Shown one piece after another: positions 1 to 7,605 of a DNA stretch of 14,611 nt. The stretch is taken from the NCBI GenBank assembly GCA_964388035.1, contig CAYLZE010000121.1, positions 1-14,611 of the forward strand, in the 5' to 3' direction. Position numbers and translations under genes: made by a program. The DNA is from an uncultured archaeon. GTDB taxonomy: Archaea > Asgardarchaeota > Lokiarchaeia > Sigyniarchaeales > SOKP01. Every line of letters starts with the position of its first letter. Positions within the stretch are counted from its first letter, which is position 1. Under the pieces are notes generated by a model, which searched no databases, was not told the origin of the DNA, and saw only the letters and a list, made by a program, of their open reading frames with translations.

Positions 1-608
1 ATGAAATTATAAAAAAAAGGGGGATTTTATAATTTTTCATTCATTTATGAAATTATCCGCTTCTGGATTTATTGTATTATACTACATCTTTTCATAAAGA
101 AAGAAAATTCACTCTTTTTTTAATATTAAAAATTTAATATAAAACCTAGAACTAATAATTTGGAAAAACTTTTCAAAAATGAGAGAAAGAATCTCGAGAA
201 AGTTAATAGTTCCATTTCGTACTTGAAGGAAATATCTACATTATTAAGAAAAATATGCATTATTCGGGGAAATTCCTCACAGACTTCTCTTAAAAGTTTC
301 AACTTTATCTCTAACTATCATTTATCTTCGCTATATTTCGAATAAAATATATATAGGACATTTTACCTTCTTTTCTATAATTTTTCTGAGAAATCAGTAT
401 GGCGAGATTCGCCCTTTTTTATGGTTTAATTTTCAGATAATGTAGCTCTATTTAATTTTTTTTGAAAGGGTAATCAAATTTAAAGCCTCAAATACTATAA
501 TTATTGAATAATATAGGATTTACCATTTTGAACGAGAAAGAGTTCTTATCACACTCATTTTTTAATTAAAACATTAATTTAAAATATGTAAAGCAAAGGT
601 AAGATTTA

Positions 609-1271
609 ATGAATAATAAAACTAAGACTAGAAAAATTGCCCGTTCTAAGGAAGAAAAAGATAAGCAGTTTCAGAGAATTTTAGATAAAGGAAGGGAATT
701 ATTTGTATCTTTAGGAACGGATGGTCTTAATACGCGTACTCTTGCTAAACATTTAAAAATGTCACAAGGAAATCTTTATACCTACGTAAAGAGCAAAAGA
801 GAACTATGGATCGCTATTCGCAGAGAGGATTTTAAAAAATTTAAGGAGGAAATGGAACAAGTGGTTGAGGATCATAAGGGGTCCTATTTTTCTCTTTTAG
901 AAGAATTGATTTTATTTTTCTTTGAATTTTCCCGCACTGAACCACGCCGATTTAAAATGATGTTCGTGATTCCTGCCCCTTCCTCTAAGATTGTTGGACC
1001 CATTGAAAAAAATTATGAAGTGATTAATCCTTTAGATGTTGTTCGGAATGTCGTGCAAAAAGCGATCGAAGCAAAAGAATTAAAAGTGGATAATGTCGAA
1101 AATTTTATCTATTTTTATTATGCCATAGCATATGGAGCGGCTCATGTTATGAGAGATCTCCCTAAAGATGATAATATTATGGAGCCGATCAATATGAGTT
1201 CAAATTATGATTCAGTAGAGAGTTTTAAAAATTACGTGATAGAGCAAATGAGAATCTTATGTAAAGTATGA
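609..1271 (+). CDS. TetR/AcrR family transcriptional regulator (220 aa)
   Basis: N-terminal TetR HTH signature ILDKGRELF-x3-GTDGLNTRTLAKHLKMSQGNLYTYVKSKRELW; helical C-terminal ligand-binding region; typical length. Confidence 0.95.
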   Translation: MNNKTKTRKIARSKEEKDKQFQRILDKGRELFVSLGTDGLNTRTLAKHLKMSQGNLYTYVKSKRELWIAIRREDFKKFKEEMEQVVEDHKGSYFSLLEELILFFFEFSRTEPRRFKMMFVIPAPSSKIVGPIEKNYEVINPLDVVRNVVQKAIEAKELKVDNVENFIYFYYAIAYGAAHVMRDLPKDDNIMEPINMSSNYDSVESFKNYVIEQMRILCKV

Positions 1272-1430
1272 CTTGATGATATATCTATGTTCCTTAGAAT
1301 CGTAATTTTTTCCTTACCAGAACTTTTTTCAACCAATATGATGCATCTTTAGAAAATAGTTATTATTTAACTACACTTACTATTAATTTAAAGTGTTATT
1401 GTCATTACAATCTATAATATTAAAAAAATA

Positions 1431-2894
1431 ATGATATCTATGTTTAAACCAATTCTTTTAGATTTTGAGGAAGAAAGTGCAAAAATTACGAAATATGGTA
1501 AAAATTTTTTGATGGATTTTCCCAATTACCAGTACCATCCTTCGATCATCCATTTGCAAGGGAGTCCTTTTGAAATGGGATATTCCTACGGGTATCTTCT
1601 TGCAGATCGCATTCAAGAATTTTTAAGTGTTTATGGTACTCCTGTTGCCGCGATATTTGGAGGATGGAATATCGAATCTGGAAAAGTCCCCAAACTACGG
1701 CAAGTGAATAAAGGGATAGAGCGCATTTCCTTTTTCATTAACCGGTTCCAAATGCCAGCTATTGAGACCCAAGCTCCCGAGTTATTAGAGGAAATGAAGG
1801 GCATCTTCGAGGGAGTTAAAGCAAGGGGTTCTAAGATCACATGGGAACATCTATGTGCTCTCAATTGCAGCCCTGAACCTCAATACGTTGCACAGTATTT
1901 GGGTGGAGGATGCAGCAGTTTTTCAGCATGGAACACGGCAACCAAGGATGGAACTCTAATTCATGCTGCAAATTTGGATGAAACTCATTTTGATTACCTA
2001 CATAAGGCTCAAATAGTAATGGTTTGCAAGCCAGAGAACGGAAATAGTTTTGTGGGCGTGGCAGCACTGGGTTCTCTTAATCCCCCAAGGTGGTTAAATG
2101 ATAAGTTTTTAAGTTTTAGTGAAATGACGTCGATCTCCTCAAACATGAATTGGCCTCAAATTCCAGGTAACATGGTCAGACGAATGATTTGCCAACATGC
2201 TTCTAGTCTAAGTGAGGTATATAATATCTTGAAAAATTATGGAGGATCCACAGGATGGAATAATATGATTTGTGAGGGAAAAGGGTCCGATCCACATGGG
2301 ATCGTGATTGAAGTTTCGGGAACGGAAATTGCACAACGGGAAGCAGATCCGGAATTTCCCGATGTCATCTGGTCTACGAATTATTATAATTGCTATCCTG
2401 GTTGGCAAGGCTATGAAGGGCATAATATGGTTCCAGGGCAAATTATGGCATTTCAAAAATTGGGACAAAATCTTTTCGTGGTGAATCAAGAGAAGATTGA
2501 AAGTTGGGAAGAAGTGGATACGATCGAAAAATGGAGAAAAAAAATAAAGTGTCCCAGATATGAAAAATATCGCGAATTACTCGAGAAGAATTTTGGAAAT
2601 CTTGATCTCAAAATAGCATCTGAAATTCAAAGCGTATATGAAATGACGCTGGGACAAGTGGAGCCAATAGGTCAAACAGAAATAAAAAGAATTCAAATAT
2701 GTCCTCCCTTCGAGGATATTTTTGGAAATGTGAGACCGGTCATCATGGAGGAATGTCCAAGCACCAATAGTACTCTTTTTATTCCGAGTAAAAGGGAAAT
2801 ATGGGTAGCGGCAGGAGCAGTTCCAGCACAAAATGGGCCGTACTGGAAAATTAGTCTACTTAAGCACTTGGAAATGCTGGAGAAACAGGCTTAA
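1431..2894 (+). CDS. C45-family (AAT / acid-ceramidase-like) Ntn hydrolase/acyltransferase proenzyme, 487 aa
   Basis: Alpha-subunit motifs LQGSPFEMGYSYG and PELLEEMKGIFEG; predicted autocleavage site GGG|C161-SSFSAW followed by ATKDG-x3-HAANLD; later WNNMI, VIEVS, STNYY and PRY motifs. No signal peptide seen. Alternative ATG at 1440. Confidence 0.88.
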   Translation: MISMFKPILLDFEEESAKITKYGKNFLMDFPNYQYHPSIIHLQGSPFEMGYSYGYLLADRIQEFLSVYGTPVAAIFGGWNIESGKVPKLRQVNKGIERISFFINRFQMPAIETQAPELLEEMKGIFEGVKARGSKITWEHLCALNCSPEPQYVAQYLGGGCSSFSAWNTATKDGTLIHAANLDETHFDYLHKAQIVMVCKPENGNSFVGVAALGSLNPPRWLNDKFLSFSEMTSISSNMNWPQIPGNMVRRMICQHASSLSEVYNILKNYGGSTGWNNMICEGKGSDPHGIVIEVSGTEIAQREADPEFPDVIWSTNYYNCYPGWQGYEGHNMVPGQIMAFQKLGQNLFVVNQEKIESWEEVDTIEKWRKKIKCPRYEKYRELLEKNFGNLDLKIASEIQSVYEMTLGQVEPIGQTEIKRIQICPPFEDIFGNVRPVIMEECPSTNSTLFIPSKREIWVAAGAVPAQNGPYWKISLLKHLEMLEKQA

Positions 2895-2931
2895 AAGATT
2901 AATTTTTATTAAAAGGAATAATTTTTAAAAC

Positions 2932-2940
2932 AAAAAAAAA
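2932..2940 (-). terminator. Oligo-T terminator candidate between the convergent hydrolase and transporter genes
   Basis: A9 on + (T9 on -) about 25 nt past the stop of 2965..4374; T5 runs on + follow the hydrolase stop. Confidence 0.45.
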
Positions 2941-2964
2941 GTAAATTATTTTATCTTTCTAATT

Positions 2965-4374
2965 TTAAAGGTTTAATTCAGCTAATTTTTCCTTATTTTC
3001 TTTAGTTTTTTCATTGGTCAAGGAATAAAATAAAGTAAAAATCACGGAGCTCGCCAGTAATATTATTGCAGGAAGCCAACTCATCATTGCTATGATACCT
3101 TGCTTGGCCGAAAGTGGTAACGTATAGAAATCAGCATCAGGATTGAAGAAAGTAATAGTGTGAATAATTGCTATGATAAAAGGAGTCATCAAAATTCCAA
3201 ATCGGTTTAAAAAGGCATAGATTCCCCCATATATGCCTTCTTCTCTAACTTTTGTTTTCAAGGTTATTTCATCGATGACGTCACTGAAAACAGGGAGGCT
3301 TACGATCGAGTTAGACCCTTGACCCAGTCCCAGAACAATTCCCATGATTATTGCCATGGTAAAATCTGTCACGAAGAACGCAATACAGAAACCACTGATC
3401 TGAACAAAAATTCCTGCGATAAAGGTGTATTTATTTCCCAATTTCTTCATGCTAGCATACCAAATGGGCATGGAAATGAAAGTAAAAAGGAAATACACTA
3501 CCGTCAAAATCCCCATGTTTTCGATCCCCAGATTTAATATGAAAATGATCCAATAGACTAAGGTAGATAATAACAAGGTAAAAGCCATTTGATTACATAT
3601 TCCTATGCAGGAATAAGCCAGGAGATTTTTATTTTTCAAAGCTGTCTTTAGTGCTTTGAAAAAAGCGGGTTGTTCTCGCTTCTGAGCTAAGTCCATTGCA
3701 TGAGAAATCATGTCTTTATCTTCCCGAACACCGTAAAGGCCTAGAAATATGGATGCAAACCCGGGAATCATTAAAACGAGGGCAGCAAGTAAATAACTAC
3801 TGGCTTCTCTTTCGACTATGAACAAGGGAGGTAAGATGCTTGGTAACACGTACCCTATCGCTAAAGTTATCGCACTTAGCCCTGAAACTTTACGGCGTTC
3901 TGAATCAGTTCGGAATTTCTCGGGAAATAGGGCTGTTAAGGGCGCACCTACCATTGTCCAGCACAACTCGTGAATCAACAAAATTACCGTGAACCAAATG
4001 AAAATAATAGTCTGAGAACCATGAGGTGGAGTCCAGATGAGAAGAAAAGTGATAGCTGTCGGGAATGCTCCTGCTACTATCCATGGAAAGCGCCTTCCCC
4101 ATCGCTTGGTAATACGAGTAGGTTTATCTGAAAGGTGTCCTATGAGAGGATCATTAAAAGCATCCCATAGAAAAAATAAACCCATGGCTAAAGCAATTAA
4201 TCCGGGATTAAGACCGATGACGACTTCATAAAAGAAAAAATAATAATACGCTATCATGTTCCATGTTAACATGAGGTTAACATTCATGGAATTGTAGGAC
4301 AAATGCTTAAGAAGGGAATATTTTTGCTTTTCTTCTTTTTCTATTTTCTTTGTACTCAAATCATTTTTTGGCAT
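2965..4374 (-). CDS. GPH (glycoside-pentoside-hexuronide):cation symporter, MelB/MFS_2 family, 469 aa
   Basis: About 12 hydrophobic segments; WDAFNDPLIGHLSD, TKRWGRRFPWI, ERRK and SDVIDE...REEGIYGG are GPH signatures. Confidence 0.95.
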   Translation of the reverse strand: MPKNDLSTKKIEKEEKQKYSLLKHLSYNSMNVNLMLTWNMIAYYYFFFYEVVIGLNPGLIALAMGLFFLWDAFNDPLIGHLSDKPTRITKRWGRRFPWIVAGAFPTAITFLLIWTPPHGSQTIIFIWFTVILLIHELCWTMVGAPLTALFPEKFRTDSERRKVSGLSAITLAIGYVLPSILPPLFIVEREASSYLLAALVLMIPGFASIFLGLYGVREDKDMISHAMDLAQKREQPAFFKALKTALKNKNLLAYSCIGICNQMAFTLLLSTLVYWIIFILNLGIENMGILTVVYFLFTFISMPIWYASMKKLGNKYTFIAGIFVQISGFCIAFFVTDFTMAIIMGIVLGLGQGSNSIVSLPVFSDVIDEITLKTKVREEGIYGGIYAFLNRFGILMTPFIIAIIHTITFFNPDADFYTLPLSAKQGIIAMMSWLPAIILLASSVIFTLFYSLTNEKTKENKEKLAELNL

Positions 4375-4423
4375 GTAAACTTCACATTATAAAACTAATT
4401 TAGAAATCTTTGTTTGGAAAGGA

Positions 4424-4438
4424 ATTTAAATTTTATCT
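4424..4438 (-). promoter_or_regulatory. Archaeal BRE/TATA candidate for the GPH transporter 2965..4374
   Basis: Minus strand reads AGATAAAA-TTTAAAT about 50 nt upstream of the ATG at 4374. Confidence 0.5.
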
Positions 4439-4596
4439 CTCGCGAACAGAATTTCTTTCTGAAATTCATCTAAAAAATGGGCTAATTTTCATCCTCTCTT
4501 TTATAGTTAATGAATTGTCAACATTTTTCTTTTTTTCAGTGGAAAATTATTTTTGAGCAATGAGTCTTTCATCACTTAACATTGGAGTGAATTTTA

Positions 4597-5499
4597 ATGA
4601 TCTCTCAAACCTCTTCAAAGTTTCGACTCATGGCTTTATTTTTACTGATCTTGGCAACTATGTTATGGGGCAGCAGTTTCATCATTACTAAAATTGTAAC
4701 AAAAAATATTCCCATTTTTTTTTATTTGGGATTGAGGTTTACACTTTCGCTCTTAGGATTAATCCCGTTTTTATTTCTTGTTAAAAAAGTTGAAAAAAAG
4801 AATATAATCATGGGAGTAGTCACGGGAATCATTTTTTTTTTAGGCATGCTATTTCAAACCTATGGTATTCAAGAAACAAGTGCTGGAAAAACAGGTTTTA
4901 TAACGGGGCTCTCCACGGTCATGGTACCTTTCATGATTGGATTTAAGAGTCATCAGCGCTTAAAAAGAAAAATATGGATAGCCGTTCTATTATCTGTAAT
5001 TGGAATGGCTCTCCTTCTATTGGAAGGAGAATCGGGATTATCATGGGCAGATGTATTAATTTTAATATGTGCCTTTTTTTTTGCCCTTTATATCGTGTTG
5101 AATGATAGATACGTTAAACTGGTAGATGTGTATCTATATACAATTATACAGCTAACACTGGTAAGTTTATTAAGTTTTGTTAGTTCATTTCTATTACAAG
5201 AGCCATGGGAATTAACATCCTTTGATTTCAATTTTTGGATACTCATAATATATTTAGGTGTGATTGTGGCAGCATTTGCATTTATATTTCAAAATTGGAG
5301 TCAAAAACACTTGACTCCTTCGCAAACTGCTATTATTTTCACTTTAGAACCAGTATTTGGACTCCTTTTTGGAATATGGATTGGGAATGAAACTATCTCA
5401 CTATTGGGGGGAATAGGATGTGGATTGATATTCTCTGCCATATTTATAAGTTCGTTTAAAGATCAAGTCTCAGATTTGGTCAGCGAACAGGTGGGTTGA
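4597..5499 (+). CDS. EamA/DMT family transporter (300 aa)
   Basis: ATMLWGSSFIITK, LRF, FQTYGIQETSAGKTGFITGL, FQNWSQK...TAIIFTLEPVFG...GNE; about 10 TM segments in two repeats. Confidence 0.95.
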   Translation: MISQTSSKFRLMALFLLILATMLWGSSFIITKIVTKNIPIFFYLGLRFTLSLLGLIPFLFLVKKVEKKNIIMGVVTGIIFFLGMLFQTYGIQETSAGKTGFITGLSTVMVPFMIGFKSHQRLKRKIWIAVLLSVIGMALLLLEGESGLSWADVLILICAFFFALYIVLNDRYVKLVDVYLYTIIQLTLVSLLSFVSSFLLQEPWELTSFDFNFWILIIYLGVIVAAFAFIFQNWSQKHLTPSQTAIIFTLEPVFGLLFGIWIGNETISLLGGIGCGLIFSAIFISSFKDQVSDLVSEQVG

Positions 5500-6211
5500 A
5501 ATGCAATTTCTTCTACTTCCAAAATTAAGGTTCAAATTTCACTTTAAATAAATTAAAACACCTTTTATCCCGAATTAGATCCCTCACTTATCTTTTATTT
5601 CCCAAATAATGGTTCAAACACAATGTTTCCAAGATTATTCTTGAATTTAAATGCCAATTTCACAAAATCACCTTGCTTTACAAGCTTTTCAAGGAATTCA
5701 AGGTGGCATGTTTCGCCTAATGATTTTTTAAGAAGAAATTCGATAAATTCGTAGCTAGAATTTAGATTGAATTAAAAATAAGTAGGAAATAGGATTTAAT
5801 AAAGCAGAAACTGATATGAATCTACTTGGCCCGAACATTCTTTTTGGTGCTTGGCCTTCTTAATCATTTTCAATCATTTTCACTCTACTTAACGCATTAG
5901 TTTAATATGGAAAAACAGCTCGTCTTTAAAAGGATAAGTTTTTTAAATCTTTGATTAAAATTTCTTACCATTTTTCAGATAAATTCAATTAAGTTAAAGA
6001 TTGAGGAGATTAAACAAATTGAAATTATTCTTCTTTTCTCTATTCCATATTATTTTCCTTCTATTAAAAAATAGATTAGCATGTTAGAAATTGTGATTCA
6101 TTTCTTAAATGACAATATTAAAAATGGTTAGTAACAATAGAGCAAGTGAAGGATTTAAAAAGTCTAAGAATGAAATCTAATTAACCGATGAAAAGGGTAT
6201 TATATGAAAGG

Positions 6212-7135
6212 TCAAAAAAGATATTGACCACACCCTTGCGAGGAAGCTTTTTTCAGTAAAAAGTAACCCTTATTACAAATTAACACTTGTTTTCCACATT
6301 CAGGGCACGAGGTTACTCTCACATTCTTACAATTTTTACACCATTTTACCGTTGTTAAGTGAGGAGATAATAGATTTTTTTCATTATACAATTTTCTTTT
6401 TGTTTGATGCTTATTCATTTTTTCCATTTTACGCCGACTTCTATCTCTTTCTAACATTTCGTGACGTTTAATGTTTCCGTTTTTATACTTTAAGATAGTA
6501 TCTTTATCAAATTTTTCATCCAAAATAGCATTCCCTACTTGAATTTTATCTCGCAAGGATCGCTCCGAGACATTGGTAATAGTAGCTGCTATACGTGTAA
6601 ACCGTATTTTTTTTCGTTTAACCTCCTCATCCTCTTTATTCATTGAATCAATTTGAGAACTGTCTTCCTCATTTTTTTTAAGATGAACTCCTCCGTGCTT
6701 ATTCTGCTTATAATTCATGAGTATAGCTCCTCTTTTCGTGCTGGGATTAAGTTCTTCATAAATCCTTTTCCACTTAGCCATGGCTATATCCACTTCATAG
6801 GGGGAAAGATCTTTTCGGCGTAAATTCTCTTGGATTTCTATGCTCAATTCTTCCAATTCATTCGTGTTGAGCTTCGTGATGGCGGGAATATACTTCCACC
6901 CCAACTTTTTACAAGCCGTTAATCGCCTGTAGCCTGCGATTAGCTTATAATCCTTATTAATAAGAATTGGATGAAATAAGCCCAAATTTTTAATTGAATC
7001 CATTAAATCATGCAATTCTTTTCCAGAAGTAATACGAACTCTTTCCTTTTCATTTATAATGATCTTATCAATCTCTATATGTTCAAGATCGGGAATCAAA
7101 GCTAAATTTTCAAGGGAGATTTTGCGTTGTATCAT
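6212..7135 (-). CDS. ParB/RepB/Spo0J-like protein with central HTH and Cys-rich C-terminal domain (307 aa)
   Basis: LMDSIKNLGLFHPILI, LIAGYRRLTA (GxxRxxA arginine patch), EIQENLRRKDLS; HTH-like FTRIAATITNVSERSLRDKIQVG; C-terminal CxxC-x7-CxxC-x6-C-x14-C. Confidence 0.92.
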   Translation of the reverse strand: MIQRKISLENLALIPDLEHIEIDKIIINEKERVRITSGKELHDLMDSIKNLGLFHPILINKDYKLIAGYRRLTACKKLGWKYIPAITKLNTNELEELSIEIQENLRRKDLSPYEVDIAMAKWKRIYEELNPSTKRGAILMNYKQNKHGGVHLKKNEEDSSQIDSMNKEDEEVKRKKIRFTRIAATITNVSERSLRDKIQVGNAILDEKFDKDTILKYKNGNIKRHEMLERDRSRRKMEKMNKHQTKRKLYNEKNLLSPHLTTVKWCKNCKNVRVTSCPECGKQVLICNKGYFLLKKASSQGCGQYLF

Positions 7136-7206
7136 TTTTATTTATTTATTTGAATTAGCACTCGTTGAACAATAATCATTGATTGGTGAATAAATTATTA
7201 CCAAAC

Positions 7207-7222
7207 TATTTAAACTTTTCTC
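7207..7222 (-). promoter_or_regulatory. Archaeal BRE/TATA promoter of the parB-like gene
   Basis: Minus strand GAGAAAAG-TTTAAATA, a near-canonical BRE+TATA about 70 nt upstream of the ATG at 7135. Confidence 0.6.
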
Positions 7223-7465
7223 AAAATACATATCTTCTTAAAAGATCAATAAGAAAAGGGTAAATAATGCAAAATTCCATCTATTTAAATAAAGAGATAA
7301 AATTCTCAATGCTTCCATCTTTGAATTAAAGTAATTTAATGTTGAGACTCTATTAAAGCTATTCTGCGAACTAATATAAAAAGCTGTCATAAGCGCTTTT
7401 TTATTCCTTAAGTCCATTCTTTAAATTATCCAAGAATTATACTACTAACTTTGAAAAAACAATAG

Positions 7466-7505
7466 ATTTATATATAAATTATTATACAATTATTTTTATA
7501 TAAAT
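7466..7505. repeat. 40-bp imperfect AT-rich inverted repeat containing two TATA-like palindromes
   Basis: ATTTATATATAAAT (7466-7479) and TTTATATAAA (7495-7504) are each palindromic; together the arms pair at 16 of 18 positions around a 4-nt centre. Confidence 0.55.
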
Positions 7506-7605
7506 ATAATCTTTATTAATTATAATTTCTTACAAAAAATCACTTGAATGTTTTTTTGTTATAAAATTTGACTATTTATTAATTTAAAATTGAGGTTTTA
7601 AAAAA

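Noticed and set aside
160-345. 61-aa TTG-start ORF, and a 58-aa antisense TTG ORF at 126..302
   Set aside because: Short, non-ATG starts, no recognisable motif; cannot be distinguished from chance or a remnant.
1631-2831. Four short minus-strand ORFs within the Ntn hydrolase gene
   Set aside because: Antisense shadows of a well-supported CDS; no motifs.
3319-4231. Short ORFs overlapping the first GPH gene
   Set aside because: Antisense or alternate-frame shadows of a membrane-protein gene.
4534-4545. TTTCAGTGGAAA, one mismatch from the archaeal ORB core TTCCAGTGGAAA
   Set aside because: Single copy, no G-string, no orc1/cdc6 nearby; insufficient for an origin call.
5500-7605. parB region as a prophage, plasmid or defence island
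   Set aside because: No integrase, att repeats, parA, methyltransferase or nuclease partner is visible; flanking genes are metabolic/transport genes.
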